64,000 nt of DNA, from assembly GCA_030595835.1 (NCBI GenBank), contig JAUVLG010000002.1, positions 19,147-83,146 on the forward strand, given 5' to 3'. Below are positions 28,779 to 38,929 of the stretch, piece after piece (the first letter of the stretch is position 1; every line of letters starts with the position of its first letter). The position numbers and the translations under genes were made by a program. The DNA is from Candidatus Eiseniibacteriota bacterium (GTDB taxonomy: Bacteria > Joyebacterota > Joyebacteria > Joyebacterales > Joyebacteraceae). The notes beneath the pieces were generated by a model. The model was not told the origin of the DNA, made no database searches, and saw only the letters and a list, made by a program, of their open reading frames with translations.

Positions 28779-29120
28779 TTGAGAACCATCATCAAACACG
28801 CTAACAGGCGGCTCTATGACGCCAGTGAGCGCGGAGCGGTCACCCTCCTTGGGGTCTCCGAGCTGGTCATCGGTGGCGAGGCCATCACTGTCGTGGATAA
28901 GGCGTCCGGGGAGGACATCACGGTGGTCACACTGCTGCAATCTCTCCTCGAGCGGCTGAAGAGGTGTTCATCGGATGGGCTCGGGGCCGAGGACACCGAT
29001 CGCCTGGTTGCCGCTCTCAAGGTGGCGATGCTGGCGGGCGCGCGTGCAGGTGACTCGTACGATTCCGAGGTTGAGGCGGGCGCTGGAAGCAGTGCCGGCG
29101 CAGTTGGGGGAGCGGCCTGA
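28779..29120 (+). CDS. PhaR-type (PHB accumulation regulator) DNA-binding domain protein
   Basis: IIKHANRRLYD.....VTL..V..LV..G....VVD..SGEDIT...L.Q. Confidence 0.8.
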   Translation: MRTIIKHANRRLYDASERGAVTLLGVSELVIGGEAITVVDKASGEDITVVTLLQSLLERLKRCSSDGLGAEDTDRLVAALKVAMLAGARAGDSYDSEVEAGAGSSAGAVGGAA

Positions 29121-29161
29121 CCGCAGTGAAGCCTGAGCGGCGCAGGCCTTCGGGGGAACGG

Positions 29162-31432
29162 ATGGACGAGACGAAAGACACCAGCAGAAAAGGCCTCCTG
29201 AGTCTCTTTAGGAACAGGGACTTCTCGCTTCTGTGGGCGAGTACGGTCGCCTCGCAGCTGGGCGACCACCTCAATCTCATGGCCCTTACGGCTCTCATTT
29301 TCTCCATGAGCGCCGGCGCCATCAAGGGCCTTGAGTTCTCGAAGATCCTCCTCCTCGCAAGTGCTCCCGTGCTTATCTTTGGTCCGATCTCAGGTGTCTA
29401 CGCGGACCGGCTCTCCCGCAAGAAGATGATGATAATCTCGGACGTGCTGCGAGCGCTGCTGGTTGCTTCCATACCGTTCGTCGCCCGTTCGATGACCTAT
29501 GTCTACGTGATCCTCTTCATCGTTTTCACGATCAACCGCTTCCACCTGTCGGCCAAATCGGCGGCGGTTCCTCAACTCGTCACGAAGGACCGGCTCCTGG
29601 CTGCTAACTCCCTTCTGAGCGTGGCCATGATGGCGGCCATCATGTTGGGCCCGTGGGGTGGCGGACTGCTCGTCGAGCGGTTCGGTTTCACCGTCGGATT
29701 CCTTGCCGACTCGGGCACATACATCATCTCCGCGGCGTTCGTAACCTTCATCACCCTGAAGAGCATGTCCGAGGTGAAGGAGGCGCGTCAGCTGGAGCAC
29801 GCGGCACTGCGGCACGCGCTCGGCGAGACGGCCAGGGAGACCCTGAGGTCGCACTCGCCCTCGGAGCTGGCCGGCGGCGCGGCGAAGCTGGGCCGGGAGA
29901 TCGCGGCTCCTCTGGAGGAGGAGGTCGAGGTCATCGGTTCCGCCTACCATCGCCTCATTGCCGATCTCAAGGACGGTGTGGCGCAGATGCGGGGCAACCG
30001 ACTGGTGGTCTACTCCACCGTCTCTTTCTCCGCCATCATGTTGATCGCCGGGTTCGTGCTTATCGCATGCCCGGTGCTCGTGCGGAACGAGTTCGGACTC
30101 GGTGCGGCCGACGTGGGAATGCTGTTCTCCGTCGGCGGCGTGGGCATGCTCGTGGGTTCGCTCGTGGTAGGCAGGTTCTTCCACAAGACCCAGCGGAGGG
30201 CGATCATCACGGTCAGCTTCCTCTTGTCCGGCATCGTCATTCTGGTTCTTTCGACGGTGGGTTCCATCCCTGTTTTCGGCGTGTGGATATTCACGCTGGG
30301 TCTGCTCATTGCGCCGACAATGGTCACCTGCGACACGATCCTCCAGGAGAAGATGCCGCCTGAGGCCGTTGGAAAGGCCTTCGGGTTCCGCGAGATGGTC
30401 AGTAAGGCGGCGTTCGGGGTGGCCGGAATCGTCTCTGGCATCGTCGTCGACATCATAGGTCCACGGAACCTCCTGGTGGTTCTAGGGGCGGCGGCCATCG
30501 GGTACTCCGCATTCTCGCTGGTTCTCCTTGCGGACACGTCCAAGCTCAACCTGCTCAACGTCTACCCGCTGCTCAGGGCGGGCTCGGGGCTGGCCGCACG
30601 TCTGCCGCGCGCGGTGAGCTACCGATTGGCCTCGGTACTCTCCGGCATCGCCTTCCTCGTGATGTCCGACAAGCGGAGAGGGGCAAGTGAGAACATATCG
30701 CGAGTGATTCGGAAGCACCCGGAGAGCCCGGAGGTCAGGGCGCTGGTCAGGCGGATGTTCCGAAGCTACGGCCTCTACTGGGCTGATTTCTTCGGGCTGA
30801 ACGGGAGGACCCGCGGCAAGGTGCACGAGATCGTGCGTACCGAGGGGCTCGAGCATCTGAAGGAAGCGCTTCGCGGCGGCAAGGGCGCGCTCCTTGTGAC
30901 GGCACATCTGGGCAATTGGGACATGGGAGGCGCGGCTCTGGTGGAGACCGGCGAGTTTCCCGGGCTCTCCGCAATCGTGGAGCCTGTCACGCAGAGAGCG
31001 TCCGAGAAGACCGTGACCTCCATGCGCGAGAGGCGTGGAATAAAGGTCATCCCGCTCGGGAGGCCGTTGGGGATAGCCCGGGCCCTCAGGCGAAACGAGG
31101 TCGTCCTTGTGGTCGGCGAGCGTCTGATCAACGGCGAGGGTGTCGAGGTCGACTTCTTTGGTGAGAAGACCCTGTTTCCCAGAGGCGCGGCGTACTGGTC
31201 AGCGAAGCTCGGTGCTCCGATACTCCCCGGTTTCTGCATTCGTCAGCCCGACGGCACCTTCGTCAGCCATATCGAGGCCCCGCTCACGCTTGCGGTTGAG
31301 GGAGACGGGGGGGGCGACGAGGTGGCACACACTCAGCAGCTGGCCAGTATCATTGAGGAGTACATCGCTCGTTACCCGGAGCAGTGGTGCATGCTGCAGC
31401 CTATATGGGGCAGCGTGGGAGGGCGCTCTTGA
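29162..31432 (+). CDS. Fusion of MFS transporter (DHA3/LplT-like) and lipid A/PIM-type acyltransferase (PatA/LpxL family)
   Basis: N-terminal 12-TM MFS (LFRNRDF.LLW, GVYADRLSRK..MI.SD..RA); C-terminal EGLEHL, HLGNWD (Hx4D), V.FFG...FPRG, I..YPEQW. Confidence 0.85.
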   Translation: MDETKDTSRKGLLSLFRNRDFSLLWASTVASQLGDHLNLMALTALIFSMSAGAIKGLEFSKILLLASAPVLIFGPISGVYADRLSRKKMMIISDVLRALLVASIPFVARSMTYVYVILFIVFTINRFHLSAKSAAVPQLVTKDRLLAANSLLSVAMMAAIMLGPWGGGLLVERFGFTVGFLADSGTYIISAAFVTFITLKSMSEVKEARQLEHAALRHALGETARETLRSHSPSELAGGAAKLGREIAAPLEEEVEVIGSAYHRLIADLKDGVAQMRGNRLVVYSTVSFSAIMLIAGFVLIACPVLVRNEFGLGAADVGMLFSVGGVGMLVGSLVVGRFFHKTQRRAIITVSFLLSGIVILVLSTVGSIPVFGVWIFTLGLLIAPTMVTCDTILQEKMPPEAVGKAFGFREMVSKAAFGVAGIVSGIVVDIIGPRNLLVVLGAAAIGYSAFSLVLLADTSKLNLLNVYPLLRAGSGLAARLPRAVSYRLASVLSGIAFLVMSDKRRGASENISRVIRKHPESPEVRALVRRMFRSYGLYWADFFGLNGRTRGKVHEIVRTEGLEHLKEALRGGKGALLVTAHLGNWDMGGAALVETGEFPGLSAIVEPVTQRASEKTVTSMRERRGIKVIPLGRPLGIARALRRNEVVLVVGERLINGEGVEVDFFGEKTLFPRGAAYWSAKLGAPILPGFCIRQPDGTFVSHIEAPLTLAVEGDGGGDEVAHTQQLASIIEEYIARYPEQWCMLQPIWGSVGGRS

Positions 31433-32610
31433 AGATAGGAATCGTCACACCGACCTACCATCCCTATCCCGGCGGCGTGCCGGAGCACGTTTACCACACC
31501 TGCGTCGAGTTCGGCCGCATGGGGCACGACGTCCGCGTCATCACCACGCACTTCGGTCGGGGCCGGGCGCCGAACGAGGAGCAGGTGATCAGGATCGGAC
31601 GCTCGGTCCCGATCCCGGCCAACGGCTCTATCTGTCCGGTGGCCGTCGACGTGCGCATGAGAGCGAAGGTGCGCAGGATGCTCGTGGCCGAGCGATTCGA
31701 CGTTCTGCACCTGCACGAGCCGCTCATGCCGACACTGTGTCTCTCCGTTCTCGCCGAGGCGGAGGTGCCCATCGTGGGGACGTTCCACGCGAACAATGAT
31801 AGTGCTTTCGGCTACAGGCTGTTCGGCTCGCTGCTCAAGAGCTACCTCGATAAACTGGACGCCAGAATAGCCGTGTCCGCGGCGGCCCTGCGCACGGTCG
31901 CCGGGTGTTTCGGCGGCGACTACACCGTCATCCCAAACGGCGTGGACATCGGGAGGTTCTCGACCGCCGCATCCGCTTCCACTCCAGGTGACGGGACCTT
32001 CACCATTCTCTTCGTTGGACGGCTGGAACCGCGCAAGGGGGCGAAATTTCTATTGAGGGCGATGCCGCGCATCCTCAGGGATGTCCCCGAGGCGCGGCTC
32101 ATCGTTGTGGGGAGTGGCCCCTTGTCCGGCTACTACCGGTCGCACCTGCCGGATGGCGTGGGTGACCGTGTCGTGTTCGTCGGGCGCGTGTCCGGCGAGG
32201 CCCTGGCGAGCTACTACGCGGGCGCCGATGTGTTCTGTTCGCCGGCGATGGGCGGGGAGAGCTTCGGGATAGTGCTGATCGAGGCGATGGCCGCCGGCGC
32301 CGCGGTGGTGGCGTCCGACATCGCGGGTTACAGGGACGTCGTGAGCGACGGAGCGACCGGGCTTCTGGTCCGTCGGGGCGACCCGGATTCCATCGCCGAT
32401 GCCATCGTCAGGTTGGCTCGTGACGATGAGCTGAGACGACGCCTGGTCGAATCTGCCGGGAGCGAAGTGCGTCAGTATGCATGGGATCGAGTTACCAGGC
32501 GAATCCTCGCCGTCTATGAGTCCGTGGTCGACGGCGGAGCGGCGAGTCCCGGTGAACCAGTCCCAACCACTGAGCAGAGCGAGGAAGGAGTCGAGATCGA
32601 GATCAGTTGA
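31429..32610 (+). CDS. GT4 glycosyltransferase, PimA-like
   Basis: MKIGIV.P.....PGGV..H, DVLHLHEP, VGTFH, GRLEPRKG, GGESFGIVLIEAMAAG; TTG start overlaps upstream TGA. Confidence 0.88.
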   Translation: MKIGIVTPTYHPYPGGVPEHVYHTCVEFGRMGHDVRVITTHFGRGRAPNEEQVIRIGRSVPIPANGSICPVAVDVRMRAKVRRMLVAERFDVLHLHEPLMPTLCLSVLAEAEVPIVGTFHANNDSAFGYRLFGSLLKSYLDKLDARIAVSAAALRTVAGCFGGDYTVIPNGVDIGRFSTAASASTPGDGTFTILFVGRLEPRKGAKFLLRAMPRILRDVPEARLIVVGSGPLSGYYRSHLPDGVGDRVVFVGRVSGEALASYYAGADVFCSPAMGGESFGIVLIEAMAAGAAVVASDIAGYRDVVSDGATGLLVRRGDPDSIADAIVRLARDDELRRRLVESAGSEVRQYAWDRVTRRILAVYESVVDGGAASPGEPVPTTEQSEEGVEIEIS

Positions 32611-32703
32611 GCGCGCCGGCCTTGCCGGGCCGCATCCGAGTACCCGCCTCGCACAGGCGTGGGCGGGGTCGCATCGGGTTGTTGGGTAAAGGAGGGGTGA
32701 ACC

Positions 32704-33273
32704 ATGTTGGACAAGGCGGAACTTGGCAGACGAGTCAAACTCGAGCGTCTGGCGAAAAGCATGACGCTCAAGCAGGTGGCGGACTCCTCGGGCATGTCGC
32801 CCACGCACATCTCGGAGATCGAGCGCGGTAGGACCTCGCCGACGGTCGGTGCACTCCTTAGGATATCCAGAGCACTCGGCAAGTCCGCGACCTACTTCGT
32901 TGAGGAGGACGAACTGCCCACCGTGTCGGTCGTGCGCCGGCACGAGCGTCCGCACCGGGCGATACTGGACGGCGACAAGAGCATCGCCGACGTCGATTTT
33001 CTCACTAAGGGTATCCCCGCGGGGCGGCTGCGAGTCGTCGAATTCAAGGGTCTGTCTGAAGGAGAGATGACCGGTCCCCTCCATCAGGGCGAGGAGATCC
33101 TGCTGGTCACGGCGGGGAAGGTCCGTGTCACTGTCGGGAGCGAGGACTTCGAGCTCTCGGAGGGCGACTGCATTCAGTTCAAGGGCAGCGCGCCGCACAA
33201 GTTCACACGTATGGGCGACGAGCCGCCGCAGGCGTTCTGGATCACGGCGTCCGAGGGACTGCTGTCTCCCTAG
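32704..33273 (+). CDS. XRE-family HTH plus cupin transcriptional regulator
   Basis: TLKQVA..SG.S..HISEIERG..SPTV; cupin H.GEE...V..G, GD.I.F....PH. Confidence 0.9.
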   Translation: MLDKAELGRRVKLERLAKSMTLKQVADSSGMSPTHISEIERGRTSPTVGALLRISRALGKSATYFVEEDELPTVSVVRRHERPHRAILDGDKSIADVDFLTKGIPAGRLRVVEFKGLSEGEMTGPLHQGEEILLVTAGKVRVTVGSEDFELSEGDCIQFKGSAPHKFTRMGDEPPQAFWITASEGLLSP

Positions 33274-33365
33274 CCGGACGATCGAAACCGACACTGCACA
33301 GGGGCACGGGCGGGCGGTTCCAGACGCCCGTCTGCACCGGTGAAACCTCGGAAGGGGGTTCGAGC

Positions 33366-35330
33366 GTGGCTCCACCGCGCAATCCGCATTCCCGTCTGCT
33401 CGTGATAGCACCTCTGGTGCTCGTTCTCGCGGCCGTCATTATCTCCGCGACGGCCGGCCGGGCTACGGGTCCGACGGTCGATGAGCTGGGATTGTCATCC
33501 GAGGCGCGTCGGCAACTCTCGGAACACGGCTTCGTTGTGGTGCCGGGTGGGAGCGGGGATTTTCCCGAGACCTACGCCGCTCTCGCGGAGCGTGACCTGC
33601 CCGTGTTTGTTACGTCCGACTCGGTCCTCCGCGTCACGGACCTCCTGATAGACAGGATCCTCCGGACCATCGAGGAAGTCTATCTCTATGACAGGCTGGA
33701 GCAGTTGTCGCGCGAGATGGTGCGGCTTCTGGACGACGACTACCTGCGCTCGACGGACGCGCTGGTCAAGGAGGCCGCGCGCCGTGACCTCGCGTTCTTC
33801 GCCGTCGGACTGAGCCTGCTCGACCCGGACTACTTCCCGCCCGAATTCGCCCGGGGCCTGGTCGAGCGTGAGCTCGAGCTTATCGAGGCCGCCAACCGGG
33901 TGGTCAGCTCCCCGATCATGGGCCCGACCCCCCTTGATCAGGTGGTCGGTCCCGGTGAGGACTACACGTGCTACGCTCCCACCGGCCACTACGCTTCGAG
34001 CGAGCGTCTCGAGCGGTACTACCGGGCGCTCACCTGGTACAGCAGGATGGCGTTCGCGCTTCCCGAGAGGCCCGTCGAGGACTACACGCTGACCGTACAG
34101 GCTCTGCTTGTCATTCGCGCTCTGGAGAGGGAAGCAGGGGAGTGGTTCGAGCTGTGGGAGCGCATCAACTACCCGCTGACCTTCTATTACGGTGGGGCGG
34201 GAGACCCAACCGTCGCGGACTACATGGAGCTGGCCGACGAGGTGTTTGGTCGCGAGTTCGAGCGGGACCTCGCCGCGAGCGAGTCATTGCTCGTTGTGTT
34301 TGTTGACAGGGTCTCCGACATGGCCCCCGCTCATGTCCAGACGCATGAACTGCGCGGTATGCGGTTCCTGCCAAGAGATTTCCCTCCGGCGACCGACTAC
34401 TTCGGACTTCTCGCGGGAGGCGAGGACAGACCGCTCCCTACCTCGCTGGATTTCATGTCCCTTCTGGGGTCGTCCGCGGCGCGGTCGCTTCTCGATGAGA
34501 GCGACGTGTTCGACGACAGCGTGTACCGGCGGACCCACGAGTCGATCGAGCGCGAGCTCGAGACGATGACGTACGGGGACTGGACGCGCGACCTCTACTG
34601 GGGCTGGCTTCACTGTCTGTCGGAGCTCCAGCTTCCACCATCGGGCAAGGCTCCTCGGTTCGTGGCGAGTCCGGCTTGGGGCTTCAAGGAGCTGTCAACC
34701 GGAAGTGCAGCCTGGGCGAGCATTCGGTACCAGGCCGCGGACGCCGCGCTCTCCCGAAGGTCACACCGCTCGCCGGCCGCCGCCGTGGACATCCCCGTGC
34801 TGGTGGAGCCCTATCCGGGGCTGTACTCACGGCTCGGAGAACTCCTGGAGAACCTGAGGGATCGCCTGTGGGAGCACTATCTGCTGGACGATTCTATCGA
34901 CGCCCACATGTCCGAGATGATCGATTTCCTGAAGTCGCTCGAGCGGGCGTCGGAGGGGATCCTCATGGACGGTACTCCTCCGCCTGACGTGGCGGCCGCG
35001 CTCTCCGACTACGCGCGGGTCCTCGGGCGTCTGGCAGGTCACGAGGCGAGGCGCAGGCCCGGCGAGCATGCGTGTGTTCTGGTATCGGACGTGGCATACG
35101 AGGACCTGGACACTGGTCGAATCTTACAAAACGCGGTCGGCACTCCCGATGTCATCTACGTTGTGGCGGATCTGGGTGAGGGCGAGACCGTCTACGCGGG
35201 TGCCGTCCACTCCTTCTTCGAAAAGGAACTGGCGGACCGCGAGGAACTGGACGCGGTGGGGTGGCCCAGCGTTCTGAGGTCGTGTCCGGTCAATCGTCCC
35301 TACTGGGTGCGGCGCTTCGTGGTGGAGTAG
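33366..35330 (+). CDS. DUF3160-like secreted protein
   Basis: Signal peptide; L..HGFVV, PVFVTSD, P.GHY, Y.RA..W, KEL.T..AAW, VEPYP. Confidence 0.75.
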   Translation: MAPPRNPHSRLLVIAPLVLVLAAVIISATAGRATGPTVDELGLSSEARRQLSEHGFVVVPGGSGDFPETYAALAERDLPVFVTSDSVLRVTDLLIDRILRTIEEVYLYDRLEQLSREMVRLLDDDYLRSTDALVKEAARRDLAFFAVGLSLLDPDYFPPEFARGLVERELELIEAANRVVSSPIMGPTPLDQVVGPGEDYTCYAPTGHYASSERLERYYRALTWYSRMAFALPERPVEDYTLTVQALLVIRALEREAGEWFELWERINYPLTFYYGGAGDPTVADYMELADEVFGREFERDLAASESLLVVFVDRVSDMAPAHVQTHELRGMRFLPRDFPPATDYFGLLAGGEDRPLPTSLDFMSLLGSSAARSLLDESDVFDDSVYRRTHESIERELETMTYGDWTRDLYWGWLHCLSELQLPPSGKAPRFVASPAWGFKELSTGSAAWASIRYQAADAALSRRSHRSPAAAVDIPVLVEPYPGLYSRLGELLENLRDRLWEHYLLDDSIDAHMSEMIDFLKSLERASEGILMDGTPPPDVAAALSDYARVLGRLAGHEARRRPGEHACVLVSDVAYEDLDTGRILQNAVGTPDVIYVVADLGEGETVYAGAVHSFFEKELADREELDAVGWPSVLRSCPVNRPYWVRRFVVE

Positions 35331-35395
35331 CAGAAGCGGGATGCAAACCGAGCTACGGGCATCGGAACAGGGGCGTCCCGCGCGCCGCCGAGAGC

Positions 35396-36628
35396 TCACT
35401 CATACCTGAACGCGGCGACCGCCGCGATCGAGAATCCCAGCGCGAATCCGAGCAGGACCAGCACCTGAGGTATGACACCGGAAAGCGCATAGCCGCGGCT
35501 CAGCAGGTTGTTCATCGCGTCCATCGCCCAGCCTGTTGGTATGAGGTGTCCGACCGTCTGGTACGCCTCGGGCGTGATCTCAAGGGGCCACCAGAGCCCA
35601 CCGAGCGCGCACATAGCGAGTGAAAGAACCAGCGAGAGAGTCTCCGCCCGCCTTGGGTTTCCTGACAGGCTCCCAATGAGGACCGACAGGCCCGCGACGG
35701 CCGCGACGTAAGCCGCGCCCACGAGCGCGAGCGCGAGCATGCTGTCGCCCCAGTCGACGCGGAATACGAGCGCGCCGAACCCGATGAGGAACCAGAGCTG
35801 TAGCGTTCCCACAATGAACCTCCACGCGAGGTTCGCCGCGACTATCTCGCTCCTGCGCACAGGAGCGATAAGGAGTCTGGCCAGCGTCTTCTCCCGCTTC
35901 TCCGTGACCAGCATGGACGAGAGCATCAGCCCGTTCAGAAGGACGAACATCAGGGCCATCGCCGGCGACGAGTGTTGGAAGCCCATGTCCGGCGCCTCTG
36001 ACTGCGCGGGTCGTCCCAGCCTCTCGACCGCGACCGTCGTCGACGGACCAGCGAACTCCGCAGAAACGAACGCCCGTATCGCTCGAGTAAGCTCGAGTTC
36101 CTCCTCCGCCGAGGGTGCGCCACGGATGGCCTCGTGCGCGCTCACCACGGCCCGCCCCGCCAGCTCGTCTGCGTTGAGTTTCGTAACAACTCTCTCGACG
36201 GCCCGACGTGTGACCAGCGGGTTCATCCGCTCGGGATTCCTGTGGAACGTCAGCGTCACGGATTCCCGCGCGGCCAACCTCTCGCTGTAGTCGCGCGGGA
36301 TGACGAGGGCCGCCGACCTGTCACCGTCCTCCACCAGGAGCTGGGCCTCTTCGTCGGCCGCAGGGCCCTCGAGCATCAAGAGGTCGATCTCGTCCGAGCG
36401 CAGAATCGCATCGAGCAGTTCTCCGCCACGACTGCCCTCGTCCATGTTCGCAACCGTCAGGGCGTACCTCACGGGAGCGTCGCCGCCACCACCGCCGCCC
36501 GAGAACGCGACGCCGGACACGAACGTGAAGACAATGGGCATCGCGAGCAGCCAGAGAAGCGCGGTGCGGTCCGAAAGAAGCACCCGCACGTTCAGCGCAG
36601 CTATGGAGTAGATCCTCCTCACGTGCAT
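35396..36628 (-). CDS. ABC-2 type exporter permease
   Basis: N-terminal TM, periplasmic loop, EKREKTLARL..AP, LGGLWWP, P.GWAM. Confidence 0.88.
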   Translation of the reverse strand: MHVRRIYSIAALNVRVLLSDRTALLWLLAMPIVFTFVSGVAFSGGGGGGDAPVRYALTVANMDEGSRGGELLDAILRSDEIDLLMLEGPAADEEAQLLVEDGDRSAALVIPRDYSERLAARESVTLTFHRNPERMNPLVTRRAVERVVTKLNADELAGRAVVSAHEAIRGAPSAEEELELTRAIRAFVSAEFAGPSTTVAVERLGRPAQSEAPDMGFQHSSPAMALMFVLLNGLMLSSMLVTEKREKTLARLLIAPVRRSEIVAANLAWRFIVGTLQLWFLIGFGALVFRVDWGDSMLALALVGAAYVAAVAGLSVLIGSLSGNPRRAETLSLVLSLAMCALGGLWWPLEITPEAYQTVGHLIPTGWAMDAMNNLLSRGYALSGVIPQVLVLLGFALGFSIAAVAAFRYE

Positions 36629-36635
36629 CCTTTCC

Positions 36636-37829
36636 TCAGATCCGCCGCCTGGACAGCAGAAGCACGGCCACCACGACGAACACGGCCGACATGGCGCAGA
36701 TGATGGAGATCTCCTGTGTGATGCCGGCGAGGCCGGCGTCGTCGAAGACCAGCTTCTTGAACCCGCTGTGGGCCCAGTAATTGAACGTGAAGCGCCCGAA
36801 TCGCTGGAAGGCCTCGGGCGCCTGCTCGATCGGCCACATGCTGCCACCCATGAGAGACATCACGAGAATGATCGCGGTCCCCACGCTGTCCGTCTGCCTG
36901 CCGGTGCGGGCCGCCGCCGCGATGAGCATCGCGAGTGACGTCGCCCCCGCGGCGGTGACGAGCGCCATGATGATCGTGGCGCCCGGGTGGCTTCCCCACT
37001 TGATCCCGAAGAGGAGACCTCCGAGCGCGATCAGCGTGAGGATCTGAATTGCCGCGAGCACGTACGAACCGGTCATCTTACCTGCGATGATCGAGGTCTT
37101 CGAGAGTGGCGCGGCCATGAGGCGTTCGTAGGTGCCGGACTCGCGTTCCTCGTGGATGGTCTTTGCGCTGGCGAGCATCGTGAACAGTAGGAAGAGCACC
37201 GCGAAGCCGGGGGCGAAGTACGCGTGGACGTTGAGGTCATCCGTGTCCGTGGTGGACGTGTCGAGAGACACGGGGGGCTCCGTCCACGCGTCACGCATCC
37301 ACATGAACATCCATCCCCAGAGGGCGAGGTGCTCCGAGTCGCCGAGCGGTTCGGCACGGTCCAGTGTCTCGAACACGCCGCGGCCCACCGCACTGCCCGC
37401 CGATAAGTAAGAGATGAACTGCTCGATCATGGACTGGACAATGCCGGCCTTGATGTTGCTCGCAGGGTCCAGAAGAACGCGCACTTCCGCGGGAGCGCCC
37501 GTGAGGACGCTGTCGAGCAGACCCTCGGGGATCACGACGGCCGCCGATTTCTCGCCGGCCGCGACGGCCCGCCGCGCCTCCTCTTCAGTCGCGCGCTCAA
37601 CGTCGAAGAGCTCGTGATGGCTTAGAAGGCCTGCGGCCGCTTCCGCTAGGAACCCGCCCTCCTCGGGAGCGACCAGCAGGAACTCGACGGTCGATATGCC
37701 TGACTCGCCCCCGAACGCGAACCCGATGATGGCCGTCATGCCCACGGGGAGCAGCAGCATCATGACCAGCGTGTTCCGGTCACGAAGCCTCATCTTGAGG
37801 TCTTTGAGCGCTATGTACAGAGCCCTCAT
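36636..37829 (-). CDS. ABC-2 type exporter permease
   Basis: ALKDLK...RD, ERESGT..RL..AP, MGGSMWP. Confidence 0.88.
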   Translation of the reverse strand: MRALYIALKDLKMRLRDRNTLVMMLLLPVGMTAIIGFAFGGESGISTVEFLLVAPEEGGFLAEAAAGLLSHHELFDVERATEEEARRAVAAGEKSAAVVIPEGLLDSVLTGAPAEVRVLLDPASNIKAGIVQSMIEQFISYLSAGSAVGRGVFETLDRAEPLGDSEHLALWGWMFMWMRDAWTEPPVSLDTSTTDTDDLNVHAYFAPGFAVLFLLFTMLASAKTIHEERESGTYERLMAAPLSKTSIIAGKMTGSYVLAAIQILTLIALGGLLFGIKWGSHPGATIIMALVTAAGATSLAMLIAAAARTGRQTDSVGTAIILVMSLMGGSMWPIEQAPEAFQRFGRFTFNYWAHSGFKKLVFDDAGLAGITQEISIICAMSAVFVVVAVLLLSRRRI

Positions 37830-37892
37830 CTTGAGCTCCGAGGGAAGGGTTCGCTCGTCGGGGCGCCCCTGCCGCGCGCTGAGTGTGAGCCG

Positions 37893-38855
37893 TTAGCTCT
37901 TCTCATCGTGCTCCTCGTCCAGTCGTCTGCCCGTAAGATGCAGGAACACGCTCTCGAGGTTGGGGACCGTCACGTCCAGCGAGTGTATGTCGACTCCGCT
38001 GCCCGCCAGTTTCTCCACGACGGTCGGCAGAAGATCTGCGCCCCTGACGACGTTCAGTGTCAGTCCGTCCTCGCTTCTCGCTACCTTACTGACTGCCGGG
38101 AGGGCGGCCAGCCAGTCGATCAGGGCATCGTTGAGCCCGTCCGCACGCACCGCGATGACGCCGGTCGCACCGATCGACTCGGTGAGCTCGTCGCGCGTTC
38201 CCACCGCGATCATCTTCCCCTCATCCATGATACCCACGCGGTCGCAGAGGAATTCGGCCTCCTCCAGGTAGTGTGTCGTGTAGAGGATGGTCAGGCCTTC
38301 GGCGTTGAGTTCCTTGATGAGGTCCAGGATGTTCCTGCGGGTCTGGGGGTCTATTCCGACCGTCGGCTCGTCGAGAAACAGCACGTCGGGTCGGTGAAGC
38401 AGTCCAGCCGCGATGTTGATCCGCCTCTTCATTCCGCCCGAGAACGTGTCGATCCTACTACTCGCGCGATCGGAGAGCTGCACAATGCTGAGCAGCTCGT
38501 CCACGCGCCGTGTGAGAGTCCGGTCGGGCAGTCCGTACATCCTGCCCCAGAACATCAGGTTGTCGCGCGCCGAGAGGGTTGGGTAGAGCGCGATCTCCTG
38601 TGGGACCACTCCGATCTTCGAGCGGGCCGTGAGCGAATCCGTGACGACGTCAATTCCCGAGACCATTGCCGACCCGGACGTCGGGGGAGTGATGCACGAG
38701 AGGATGGATATGGTGGTGGTCTTGCCCGCGCCGTTCGGACCGAGCAGCCCGAAGATCTCCCCTTTGGCCACTTCGAAGCTGACCGCGTTCACGGCGACCA
38801 GTTCTCCGTAGCGTTTGACGAGATTCCGTACCTTGATGACGGGTTCGCCGCTCAT
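37893..38855 (-). CDS. ABC exporter ATP-binding protein
   Basis: GPNGAGKTT, FSGGMKRR, FLDEPTVG, YTTHY. Confidence 0.95.
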   Translation of the reverse strand: MSGEPVIKVRNLVKRYGELVAVNAVSFEVAKGEIFGLLGPNGAGKTTTISILSCITPPTSGSAMVSGIDVVTDSLTARSKIGVVPQEIALYPTLSARDNLMFWGRMYGLPDRTLTRRVDELLSIVQLSDRASSRIDTFSGGMKRRINIAAGLLHRPDVLFLDEPTVGIDPQTRRNILDLIKELNAEGLTILYTTHYLEEAEFLCDRVGIMDEGKMIAVGTRDELTESIGATGVIAVRADGLNDALIDWLAALPAVSKVARSEDGLTLNVVRGADLLPTVVEKLAGSGVDIHSLDVTVPNLESVFLHLTGRRLDEEHDEKS

Positions 38856-38929
38856 GGTTGCCTCCGGAAGTGAGTTCTCTGCAGTGGTCCGGGCGTGTCC
38901 TGCTCCGGACGTGGGGGAGGGCATGCCCG

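Noticed and set aside
33342-33372. Third copy of the ECF promoter (TGAAAC...) before the DUF3160 gene
   Set aside because: The -10 position lacks GTCA and collides with the predicted start codon.
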